A stretch of 39,785 bases of DNA, taken from positions 59,675,954 to 59,715,738 of the forward strand of contig NC_068992.1 in NCBI RefSeq assembly GCF_001194135.2, given 5' to 3'. The notes under the pieces were generated by a model. That model searched no databases, was not told where the DNA came from, and was given only the letters and a program-made list of their open reading frames with translations. Position 1 is the stretch's first letter. Each line of letters opens with the position of its first letter. This DNA is from Octopus bimaculoides (lineage: Eukaryota). The translations under genes were made by a program, and so were the position numbers. This document shows positions 1 to 11,463 of this stretch, one piece after another.

Positions 1-730
1 TATATGGACACGGCTTTTGAAAACCTCTCTCTTCCACCTCTATCTCGCGCAAGATCTAAACAGACATAACAGTACATACATACACAATCAGTAGAAGTGT
101 CAATTAAATAACTCATCCCCACTTTCCTCGTTTTCTACCATTATCACCAGCGCCACTACCTCGGACACACTATGTGGTCACTCATTGAACCTGCAAGAAA
201 TAGCAGTCGAATCTATTGCAAACAACATTTTATCGTCTTTTAAAAAAAATCAACAAAGCAAGAACACAATGAAGATACTGTAGTTCCGGTACAGAATTCC
301 TGAGAAAACAAAACAAGCATAAAATCAGGCGGATGCTTTGAATCTGGGACTAAAAATCCTCATCATCATTACCATCACCACTATCGACCAACCACCACCA
401 CCATGGATGATATCACTTGAGAGAAATAATGGCAATTGGGCTGTTCGTGTATAAGGGCGAAAACCGAATCTGAAGATACTAGAATTGCTAAAATGTGGAT
501 AAAAGAGAATACCATGAACACTTCGCGATGGTTGTGATTGGACGAAAAGTGGATGGAGCCTTTGATATGAAGTCGAAATCGTTGTTGATACACCAAAGAC
601 AACGGGGTTGATGTCATCTGATGCCATGAATGACAAAAACTTTCTGATCAATGATAAAGGAGAATTGGGTCTAGCAGATATTGCTTTAGGAAAGCCACTC
701 AGGTGATTCTTAAAGAGAAGGAGAAGGGAG

Positions 731-734
<4 letters not shown>

Positions 735-795
<61 letters not shown>

Positions 796-986
796 NNNNN
801 NNNNNNNNNNNNNNNNNNNNNNNNNNNNNNNNNNNNNNNNNNNNNNNNNNNNNNNNNNNNNNNNNNNNNNNNNNNNNNNNNNNNNNNNNNNNNNNNNNNN
901 NNNNNNNNNNNNNNNNNNNNNNNNNNNNNNNNNNNNNNNNNNNNNNNNNNNNNNNNNNNNNNNNNNNNNNNNNNNNNNNNNNNNNN

Positions 987-1055
<69 letters not shown>

Positions 1056-1061
1056 GAGAGA
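735..1061. repeat. (GA)n microsatellite spanning assembly gap 796-986
   Basis: Pure GA dinucleotide run on both sides of the N-gap. Confidence 0.95.
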
Positions 1062-1594
1062 GGGCGGTGATGAAAAACAAAAAAGAGGGTTGAGAAAGGG
1101 GAAGACTGAAGAATTTGGTGTGAATGAGGGTTAGCTATGTGGTCCATTCTTTTGCGGTCATGAAAAAAACAAGCTGATAACCTTGTCTTTTTGAAGCAAT
1201 TGGAAATGCTTTCCCATTTTGTGTGTTTATGTACATTATGGTGAACCTAACACAGTGGAAAAGAATAGGTTTTGGCAGGGATATCCTTAATGTGTGCAAT
1301 AAGGAATCAGATGCAAATATGCAGGATTTCTTTATGGGAATATAGCTTGGCAGAACCATCATGGTTGAGAAAAAGAAAAAAGAAAGGATTCCACAGAATT
1401 GGTAGAAATATTTAGTGAACTTGTGCTTCTGTCAGAAATCGATACGAAAATAATTTTCCAAGCTGTTAACTCCATCTTTAAAGTATATTTTTACGTATTT
1501 TTCTATAATATCTATATCTGTACTATTTTGAGATCAGTTTGATCTCCGCCAATTTCATAGCAATAGGCGGTTAAACTGACCTCAAAACATACAG

Positions 1595-1815
1595 TAGATA
1601 TAAATATTGTGAATAATATACACTCTGAAGATGGGGTTAAATGGTGTATATATAATTATTGTAGATATAAACGCTAAAAGCGAAGTTAATGGTGTATATG
1701 CAATTATTGCAAATATACAATCTAAATATAAAGTTAATGGTGTATACTTAAATATTGTAAATATACACACTAAAGGTGCATATATAATTATTATCAATAT
1801 ATACACTCTGAAAAT
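1595..1815. repeat. Degenerate 48-bp-period AT-rich minisatellite
   Basis: ATGGTGTATA recurs at 1641, 1689 and 1737 (period 48), with more degenerate units on each side. Confidence 0.8.
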
Positions 1816-2223
1816 GCGGGTAACATACTGCAGAATCACAATGTTATTAGCAACAAGTTATTGTAGATATTTTCAGACATCAAAAGTATGCGGTTTCGAT
1901 AAAGCGTGAATATGTTAAAGATCTAGAAACTGTGTTTGTGTGTATTATTAGTATCATGAAAGGATTGTACAGTTCTATAAGGTGGAAGCTTCTAGACGGT
2001 CGATAGACTTGTTAGAAATGGAAGCCAAAAATCACACCTTAATGTCTTCCTCTCTCCTGCCTCTTTCTCTCCATTTACCGTTGTTTTTCTCTGCTTTTAC
2101 TTTCTCTCTTTCTCCCTCTTCCTTCTCGTTTTGTTTCCCCCTCTATATGTCGACAGTAGCGTTGACATTTTCTCTCTCATTTCCTTATCATGCTTATGAG
2201 TATTCAGTTGTTACTTTCTTAGT

Positions 2224-2433
2224 GAAGGCTCGTGGCTTAGTGGGTAGGATATTCGGCTCACGATAGTAAAGTCCTGAGTTTAATTTCCGGCGGCGCGTTA
2301 TGTAAGACATTTAATTCCACGTTGCTACTGTCAACTCAACTGGAAAAAATGAGTCGTACCTGTATTTCAAAGGGCCAGCCTTGTCACATTCAGTGTCACG
2401 TTGAATCTCCCTCAGAACTACGTTAAGGGTACG
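2224..2433 (+). mobile_element. tRNA-derived SINE family A, 3'-truncated
   Basis: A-box-like head GTGGCTTAGTGG, then AAGGGCCAGCCTTGTCAC...GAACTACGTTAAGGGTAC shared with the copies at 19671 and 22568. Confidence 0.85.
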
Positions 2434-3089
2434 TCTTTTGCTCTCTGTTAACTATTGCTAATGTTCATTATCTACAATTAATTTTCTTTAACTACTGCTG
2501 GCGATTGTTAACAGCCGTTCATCTTTGCTAAATGCTGTTAAATTTCGTTCATTGTTGTTAGTGTTAATAACTATTCGTTAACTTATTATTACTTTTTGTT
2601 AACTAGATTTTTAAAGGATCTTTTTGCTCGTTTTAATCTACAAAGAACTTAAGTATATGTGAACAGTCACCCAATAACATTAGAGTAAAACCATAAAAAG
2701 ATTTACCTTTTGACATGATTATTGTGTACACAGAGATTTCTAACAAGCAATAATTATGCTTTGTTTATTAGTGTTTTAACCTGTTATTGAGAAATTAAAT
2801 TTCATTGTTATTCCAGTAATGATATTAAAAATCTACCAATAATAGAATTGATATTTTCTGCAAGTCACTTTGCTTCCGTAATCTTGATATATCTCAACAG
2901 AAACTAGTTTCAAATATGACGTTCCTCAACAAAAGATAGATTAGTATATAAAATTGTTTACCGAAGTTAAGAGTATTGCAATTTTGAGTGGATATATCTG
3001 ATTTCTTCAGTAAAAAGGTTAATACGGTCAAGTCTGAAATAACGGAAGGATGTGTTGACCGTAATGCTGGTAGCAGTCAATACGCCAAA

Positions 3090-3290
3090 GCCGGCGAGCT
3101 GGCAGAATCGTTAGCACGCCGGGCGAAATGCTTAGCAGTATTTCATCCGTCTTTATGTTCTGAGTTCAAATTCCGCTGAGGTCGACTTTCATCCTTTCGG
3201 GGTTGATAAATTAAGTACCAGTTGCATACTGGGATCGATCTAATCGATCTAATCCCAAAATTTCGAACCTTGTGCCTAGAGTAGAAAAGA
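3090..3290 (+). mobile_element. SINE family B
   Basis: Head GGCGAGCTGGCAGAATCGTTAGCACGCCGGG, B-box-like GAGTTCAAATTCC, body CATCCTTTCGGGG; many other copies in the window. Confidence 0.9.
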
Positions 3291-4009
3291 AATTAATACG
3301 CCACCAAAAGTTTTGTAAACTGGGAACTAGATTTAAAATAAAGGGTAAACAAAAAGGGGGGAACAATGCTGATAGTCTTTATTTTTGAACGTCTTCGAGA
3401 CAGAGGGGAGAAAACAAAGAGGTTATCCTCAAATCATACACCTTTACGGAATACTCGTAAACTCCGCTAAAGACACCCAAAGATCAGGTGATGGTGTTAA
3501 ACCAGGTTAACAGAATTTAATCTACAGTTACGTTTGGTTTACTGGTGTAAATATTTGTTAACTGCTCTAACTCTGTTGTTTATTAATTATTTTTACTATT
3601 CGCTAGCAGCTCTTCCATTTTCGTATCTGCTGTTGTCACATGTTAACTGCCATTACAGTTTGTGAGAATTGTGGCTTAAAACCAGAAGAAAAAACCCAAA
3701 TGGCTAAAGTAAATAAATAAGAACCAATAATTTCCATTTGGTTTTGGCAAATGTGAAGGTTCATTGTTTAATATTTAGTAATAACAATCGGTTCCTGCTG
3801 TTTGGTTATTGACAGAAAGCGAGATAAAATTCTTACTCTTTTCCAGTTAACCACACTCTTCTTTATAAATATTTGTCCATGTTAAACTAACCTTTCAATG
3901 GATTAAATATCTCACTTGTTTGGTCGTTTTCTTCAGCATTGATTTCTAATGTCTTCGTGGTTGTTATCGCTGCTGTTGTTGTTAATGTCGCTGTTGCAGT
4001 TGCTACTGC

Positions 4010-4011
4010 AG

Positions 4012-4043
<32 letters not shown>

Positions 4044-4235
4044 GGTCTTCTTCTTCTTCTTCTTCTTCTTCTTCTTCTTCTTCTTCTTCTTCTTCTTCTT
4101 CTTCTTCTCATCCAGGAATATGATGTTATCTTTGAGACATTGTAAACAAATTGGGAAAGGATAGATTAGTGCATTTAATAGGAGCCTATCAAACTGCTAT
4201 GTACCATCTTCAGCAACAGCAGCAGCAGCACCACC

Positions 4236-4267
<32 letters not shown>

Positions 4268-4330
4268 CAGCAACACAACAACAACACCACCAACACCACT
4301 ATCATCACTCACACACATACACACACACAA
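4010..4330. repeat. Compound trinucleotide repeats (GTT)n-(CTT)n and (CAG)n-(CAC)n-(CAA)n
   Basis: Read directly from the sequence. Confidence 0.95.
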
Positions 4331-4799
4331 ANNNNNNNNNNNNNNNNNNNNNNNNNNNNNNNNNNNNNNNNNNNNNNNNNNNNNNNNNNNNNNNNNNNNN
4401 NNNNNNNNNNNNNNNNNNNNNNNNNNNNNNNNNNNNNNNNNNNNNNNNNNNNNNNNNNNNNNNNNNNNNNNNNNNNNNNNNNNNNNNNNNNNNNNNNNNN
4501 NNNNNNNNNNNNNNNNNNNNNNNNNNNNNNNNNNNNNNNNNNNNNNNNNNNNNNNNNNNNNNNNNNNNNNNNNNNNNNNNNNNNNNNNNNNNNNNNNNNN
4601 NNNNNNNNNNNNNNNNNNNNNNNNNNNNNNNNNNNNNNNNNNNNNNNNNNNNNNNNNNNNNNNNNNNNNNNNNNNNNNNNNNNNNNNNNNNNNNNNNNNN
4701 NNNNNNNNNNNNNNNNNNNTATCAGGACACTCGGCGCCAAGACAGTAAGTTGCAGTGAAGAGACAGGTTTACATACATACAATGTATTAACACCAGACT

Positions 4800-5164
4800 C
4801 ATGTAGAGAGAGAGAGGGGGGAGGGGGAAAGAGAGAGAGGGAGGGGGAGGGAGAGAGAGAGAGAGAAAGAGAGGGGGAGCGGGGATATACGGTGTACTTG
4901 AGTCCAAACTGTAGTAAAATAGATAGATAGATGGGTGGATGGATGGGTGGATGGGTGGATGGATAGATATATAAATAGAAAGATAGACAAACACATAGAC
5001 AGACAGACAGTTAGATAGATTCATAGATGGATGGATGGATGGATGGATGGATAGATAACTAGATAAATTGATAGACAGACAGACAGTTAGATAGATCGAT
5101 GGGTGGCTGGATGGGCTATGGATGGGTGGATAGATAGATAGACAAGCAGATAGACAGGCAGTTG

Positions 5165-5207
<43 letters not shown>

Positions 5208-5320
5208 CGATAGATCGATAGAGGGATGGGTAGATAGGTAGATAGATAGACAGACAAAAGGACAGAGAGATCGATTGATAGATAGATAGATAGATGGATG
5301 GATGGATAGATAAATATACA
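4800..5320. repeat. Purine-rich GA tract followed by (GATA/GGAT/GACA)n compound tetranucleotide array
   Basis: Read directly; explains the low-complexity ORFs on the minus strand. Confidence 0.95.
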
Positions 5321-6349
5321 AAGCATTTTGAGACCAAGTTGTAGAAAAGGGTGATGGAGAAAGAGGGAGAGAGAGAGACGGGCAAATACGCGCTTTATTG
5401 ATACCAGGTTGTAGTAAAGAGAGAAACAGACAGACACACAGCACATCAACATTAAACTGTTGTAAACAGAGGGATAAAAACAGAGAGAGGGAGGAGAGAT
5501 AAAGAGAGAGAGATGCACAATGTATTCAAAATAACCTGTAGGAAATGTACCAACTCATTTATGACACAAACAAACTGTTGCAGCTGTTCATGATAGAAAA
5601 CAAATGTTGTTGACTGGTTTATATCATATTTATATATTATTGTATAATCGTTTCTGATATTGAATGTTAATATTTCCCCGAGCCCTTTGTTACACTCCGG
5701 ACGCAGAAATATTTACGTTATACCTACGTAATATTCATTTTATTTAAAACATACATATATGTATATACCTACTTATATAAGTCTATCACAGTATCGACCA
5801 GGCCATCAGCTGTTGCTATACACCGTTGCTCACAATGCGCTTCCAATTTTGTCTTGACTGCGCCGACCTTTTCTATCATGACCGAAATTGCTTGACCAAA
5901 TCGTCTTACAGTCGTTGTGGAGGCCTTTCAGGTGGTCTTTTCTCATCACTTGGACACCACTCGGCAGCTGCATGACTTTATATATATACGTATATATACA
6001 TCACTCCAGAAAATGCACACACCAGGTTACTTATACACATACACACACACGGTTCCATACGGACACACATGCCCACATTATCTCAAGCTCACCCACACAT
6101 ACATTCACACGCGCTCGCCCCATTCACGCATACACACTTATACATACCATCCTCACATACACACACGCACTTGCGCATCCTACTTCAGGTGAGTCACCGT
6201 TATTATTTCCCTTCCACTCAGTCTCTTCCGGTCATTTCGTCATGTTGAGCTGTTATCCATTACGATCGTTTCAACAAATCAGGGAAAAGTGTCATGATCT
6301 CGGGTATTTATTACGTCAATGACGTATAAGAGGCCACTGGGATCATGAC

Positions 6350-6520
6350 ATTCCCCCTGAACGAGATGCCAGTTCGTTGCGGGGTTACTCATTTACGGAT
6401 GAGTGGAGTGGGCGAACGCGAAAAGAAGTGTTTCACTCAAGAACACAAAGCACCCTGTCCAGGAATCGAAACTGCGATCTTGAGATCATGAGTGCAATAT
6501 CCAGGTCATTAGAACATGCG

Positions 6521-6526
<6 letters not shown>
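6350..6526 (-). mobile_element. tRNA-derived SINE family D
   Basis: Reverse complement carries B-box GTTTCGATTCC and a CTTGAG..AAACACTTC..TCCACTCA..AATGAGTAA block, as in the copy at 18733. Confidence 0.75.
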
Positions 6527-6568
<42 letters not shown>

Positions 6569-6572
6569 TGCG

Positions 6573-7835
6573 CATGGTGTTCGGGCTGAATTTGCAGAAA
6601 AGGAAGAGAAAACACAATATTCCATCCAAACATAGAAGTATATTTAAAAATCAAAAATGTCAACAAGACTATGGCTGAGAGATAACAGTTTACCCAAAGT
6701 AGCCACCCTCAGCTACCGCCACGGCCTCAAGACAACTCCAGGACCTAGCGCATGTATTCCTCAGAGTGTCTCTAAAAAGAATCTTCGTACACCTTGATCA
6801 TGGTCACCAGCGCAGCCTGGGTGTTGCAGGTAGTGCGCTTGGTGTTTTTATCAACCACGCCCGTACATAGTAATCGATGGGATTGCAATCAGGTGAATTA
6901 GGGGCCAGAAATAGGCTGAAGTCGTAGAAGTAGAAATTCTCCGACGCCCACTTCTTACTCTTGGAAGTATGGCAAGAAATTGAATTCTGTTGTTAACACA
7001 TGGCCTTCCAGCAGCAAGCCTTTCCAGCTAGGATTTGACCAAAGTCTCCAGCAGCTTCACATATCCGTCTGAATTGAGCCTAAGGCCCTGTTCAAAGATG
7101 TGGGGCGGAATGACGTCTCCCTTACTGGAGGCACACCCAATGACCATTACGGTTTCGGGGAAACTTAGTTTTCACGATATGTGGTATATTACACGGATTG
7201 AAGGTAAACCACCTGTTGTTTTGGTTGTTATGCAACTATCCCTGGCAGAAGTTCTTTCCGCCTGAGAAGAACCAGATCATCTGCAGCTCAGTAGAATGAT
7301 TCAGCTTGTTCATGAGCTTCTTTGCCTTCGTCAAGTAGTTCTCCTTGGCCTTGACTGTCAGAATTTGTCCCTTGCACTTGTACGAGTGCTAGAGAAGGTT
7401 CTCATTTAGGGCCAGTTTTACGATGGTGTCTCTGACACCTATTTCTCTCACCAAAGCCCGGATTCCTTTGTTCGAATTTTTCATCACCTTGTCCGGCAGT
7501 TCTTGTATAAATTTCGACAGGCAGATGCAGTCGAAACGCCTGCTGTGTCCCTTTCTCCTGTGTCCCTCCGTAGTCTCTGATCTTGTCACGTATTATAGAC
7601 CTTGCCGTATTCACAGAGCATTGACCAACAGCAATGATGTCAGCATTTTCCCGGCGCGAATCATCATGATACAGGTAACATCCTCGTTCACATTCAAATG
7701 GCTTCCAGTCCGGCAACTCTTTTCAGCTACTAAATTAATTTTTATGCTCTCCAATGCCGTTGAATGTTCATCAGTACATCAAACTGTTCTTCAAAAAGCT
7801 GACATAAAAATCGCCCCAAAAAAACCTGCACACCC
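6573..7835 (-). mobile_element. Decayed Tc1/mariner superfamily DNA transposon, DD37D (maT)-type
   Basis: Transposase remnant inside; minus-strand start TA-TAGGGTGTG; left end CATGGTGTTCGG is only a weak TIR match. Confidence 0.8.
6690..7700 (-). pseudogene. DD37D/maT-like transposase pseudogene
   Basis: Manual translation across stops and frameshifts gives GIRALVREIGV, WFFSGGKNF (consensus FSDEK), TVMVIGCASSKGDV, QQNS (QQDS), WPPNSPDCNPIDY and AEGGYFG*. About 36-37 residues separate the 2nd and 3rd catalytic positions. Confidence 0.9.
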
Positions 7836-8757
7836 TATATATATATACATACATACATATATATATNNNNNNNNNNNNNNNNNNNNNNNNNNNNNNNNNN
7901 NNNNNNNNNNNNNNNNNNNNNNNNNNATATATATGGAAAAAAAAGTCAAGTTAGAAAATGCTAAAATAATTTTATAAAAAACATTTCAGTACCGGTTTCG
8001 GTCATTGAGACTTTTTCAACTGTAAGTATGGAAAAACAATTAAATTTTGGAAAAATTAAATGAAAAGTTTTTTAAAAGAATATTTGCATAGTATTCAAAC
8101 AAGGGGCATTTCTGCCTGTCTCTGTCTCTCTTGTTTACTCTTGTGGGTTCGAGGTCGTTATATATATTTTATTTATACACACACACACACACACATATGT
8201 ATGTATACATGCATTTATTCTATATCTGCTTTAGAATGCACAGGTTTTTGAAGCGCTAATTTATCTAAATCTCTAGAGTCTGTATAATTTAGTCAGTTAC
8301 ATAGCACTTTAAAGAGGTTTATATTACCAATATGTTACTAATGTTATCAATGCTGACTTTCGCTATAGGCATATAACTATTAATATTAATATTAAATATA
8401 CTAAATTACGCCAAACAGCTAATAGATATTGAAAATTTAGGATTTTTTTCTCGCCCAATTATTCAACCTTTTCTTTGATCGCATTTAAAAGCATTAGTAA
8501 ATTAATTACTATAGCTTCTGAAAAAGCTAATTTACTCTAATATTTTAACCCCAGTTCTTTTCATAAATCTCGATCGGGATAATACATAAGGGAACCTGAA
8601 CTTATCAATCATATCGGCAGTGTTTTTTTGTTTTTTTTTTGTTAACAAGCCAAGGAAGGAGACTTCATGTGATCGCTCGAAATGCTAGAAATAGCTACCG
8701 AATTTTTCTCGAGTCACATTGCCTACCGTTTTAAACAGAGTAAAGACACATTAGATC

Positions 8758-8758
<1 letters not shown>

Positions 8759-8818
<60 letters not shown>

Positions 8819-8833
8819 TAATAATAATAATAA
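8759..8833. repeat. (TAA)n tract, probably the tail of the adjacent minus-strand SINE B
   Basis: Abuts the 3' end of the SINE B copy; the copy at 9244 also ends in (TTA)n. Confidence 0.85.
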
Positions 8834-9003
8834 TCCTTTCTGTTGGAGGCACAAGGTTTCAAATTCGATACCAGTGAAACACCGGTACTTAATTTATTGA
8901 CCCCGAAAGGATGAAAGACAAAGTCAACCTCGGCGGAATTTGAACTCAGAACGTAAAGACGGTCGAAATATCGCTAAGCATTTTGCCCGGTGTGTTAATG
9001 ATT
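8834..9003 (-). mobile_element. SINE family B
   Basis: CCCCGAAAGGATGAAAG...CGGCGGAATTTGAACTCAGAACG is the reverse complement of the family B core. Confidence 0.9.
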
Positions 9004-9243
9004 CTTTTCTGCTCTAGGCACAANNNNNNNNNNNNNNNNNNNNNNNNNNNNNNNNNNNNNNNNNNNNNNNNNNNNNNNNNNNNNNNNNNNNNNNNNNNNN
9101 NNNNNNNNNNNNNNNNNNNNNNNNNNNNNNNNNNNNNNNNNNNNNNNNNNNNNNNNNNNNNNNNNNNNNNNNNNNNNNNNNNNNNNNNNNNNNNNNNNNN
9201 NNNNNNNNNNNNNNNNNNNNNNNNNNNTATCATCATCACGAAA

Positions 9244-9460
9244 CCGGCGAACTGGCAGAATCGTTAGCAAGCCAGGTGAAATACTTAACAGCATTTCGCC
9301 CGTCGCTACTATCTGAGTTCAAATTCCGTCTAGGTCGGCTTTGCCTTTCATCCTTTCGGGGTCGATAAATTAAGTCGACGTAATTGCTGGCCTTGTGGCA
9401 AAATTTGAAACCTTTATTATTATTATTATTATTATTGTTATTATTATTACTATTATTAGT
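9244..9460 (+). mobile_element. SINE family B with (TTA)n tail
   Basis: CGGCGAACTGGCAGAATCGTTAGC...GAGTTCAAATTCC...then (TTA)n. Confidence 0.9.
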
Positions 9461-9925
9461 TCGATTGTTGTTGTTGTTTATATACGCAAGCTTAGTGATC
9501 ACGACTTAGAATGGGAAATATAATTTCCTTTCATCAGGTATGAAAATATGAAATGAAAAGAGAAGTAGCTTCCCACCTCAAGACTGGTTACCTGCAGGCA
9601 TTGTTTTTCGTTGCTTGATTCTTATTAGAAGTTTTTCAAGATTAGAATCAAAGATTCTTCAAGTTTGAGTGAAGAATTCTTCTTACAACAACTTCTATCA
9701 CATTTTTTTTCTTTCTATCTTTCTTCATATTCTTTGAGTGGTTTTTGCTTAATTTTAGAGTAGTTTCTCAATGTTTTAGAAACCTTCATGAACAATATTC
9801 TGCCTGATATTGTAATTGTTGGCACATAACAATCAGAAAATAAGGGTCTTTGGTGTTGTACAATCTTTTATTTTTATCTGATATTGACGTCATAGAAACG
9901 TTTTGGCACTTGTCTTTTATATTTC

Positions 9926-10224
9926 ATCTTTTATCTTTCACTTGCTCCAGTCATTGGATTGCAGCCATGCCGGTGAACTGAATTAAAAGGTTTTAGGCGA
10001 ACAAATCGATCCAAGTAGCTTTTTTCTAGTAATTATTCTATCGGTCGAGTAATTATTCTATTGGTCTTTTAGGCTGAACTGCTTGAATTCGGGACGTAAA
10101 CAAGCCAACATCAGTTGTCGAGCGGTATTGGTGAACAAACACAAACACAATGACAAACATATACACGACGGGCTTCCATACAGTTTCCATCTACCAAATA
10201 CACTCACAAGGCTTTGGGCGGACC
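9926..10224 (-). mobile_element. SINE family C, 5'-truncated
   Basis: CAGTCATTGGATTGCAGCCATGC...ACGACGGGCTTCC..CAGTTTCCATCTACCAAAT..ACTCACAAGGCTTTGG is the reverse complement of family C. Confidence 0.85.
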
Positions 10225-10236
10225 GACGGTATAATA

Positions 10237-10436
10237 TTTTCTACTTTAGGCACAAGGCTCGAAATTTTGGGGGAGGGAGTCAGTCGATTAGATCGACCGC
10301 AGTACGTAACTGGTACTTATTTAAAGGATGAAAAGCAAAGTCGACCTTGGCAGAATTTGAACTCAGAACGTAAAGACAGACGAAATACCGCTGAGCATTT
10401 CGCCCGGCGTGCTAACGTTTCTGCCAGCTCGCCGCT
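10237..10436 (-). mobile_element. SINE family B
   Basis: Near-complete reverse-complement match including the head GCCAGCTCGCCGC. Confidence 0.9.
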
Positions 10437-11035
10437 TTGGACNNNNNNNNNNNNNNNNNNNNNNNNNNNNNNNNNNNNNNNNNNNNNNNNNNNNNNNNNN
10501 NNNNNNNNNNNNNNNNNNNNNNNNNNNNNNNNNNNNNNNNNNNNNNNNNNNNNNNNNNNNNNNNNNNNNNNNNNNNNNNNNNNNNNNNNNNNNNNNNNNN
10601 NNNNNNNNNNNNNNNNNNNNNNNNNNNNNNNNNNNNNNNNNNNNNNNNNNNNNNNNNNNNNNNNNNNNNNNNNNNNNNNNNNNNNNNNNNNNNNNNNNNN
10701 NNNNNNNNNNNNNNNNNNNNNNNNNNNNNNNNNNNNNNNNNNNNNNNNNNNNNNNNNNNNNNNNNNNNNNNNNNNNNNNNNNNNNNNNNNNNNNNNNNNN
10801 NNNNNNNNNNNNNNNNNNNNNNNNNNNNNNNNNNNNNNNNNNNNNNNNNNNNNNNNNNNNNNNNNNNNNNNNNNNNNNNNNNNNNNNNNNNNNNNNNNNN
10901 NNNNNNNNNNNNNNNNNNNNNNNNNNNNNNNNNNNNNNNNNNNNNNNNNNNNNNNNNNNNNNNNNNNNNNNNNNNNNNNNNNNNNNNNNNNNNNNNNNNN
11001 NNNNNNNNNNNNNNNNNNNNNNNNNNNNNNNNNNN

Positions 11036-11100
<65 letters not shown>

Positions 11101-11422
11101 ATGTGCGCGTGCGTTATACTTTTCCAATCTTCACTTTGGAAAAGGCAGGATATTAAACCCCTTGTCAATTTCGCCGACATAGAAGACATTTAATATAAAA
11201 TTGTTCCCTTAAACAACTTCTAACCATAAGTTGTCAAATCTATCTTCAAAGACAGAACTATTTATTAATAGCTCTGGAATCAATCATGGCTATATTCTAT
11301 ATTCGATCACCTAATCGATACATGTTGATAATGATATCAATGTAGAAAGCAGGTCTGCGTTAATTGAAGTGTGAGAAATGGGGATAAAAAGAGATAAAGA
11401 GGTGGACATGGATTACATACAA

Positions 11423-11463
<41 letters not shown>

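Noticed and set aside
4151-4330. PolyQ/polyH peptide GAYQTAMYHLQQQQQQHHHHHHH resembling a transcription-factor exon
   Set aside because: It grades directly into (CA)n and a gap; similar CAG/CAC/CAA runs are common non-coding repeats in this kind of genome, and no domain is visible. Not fully excluded.
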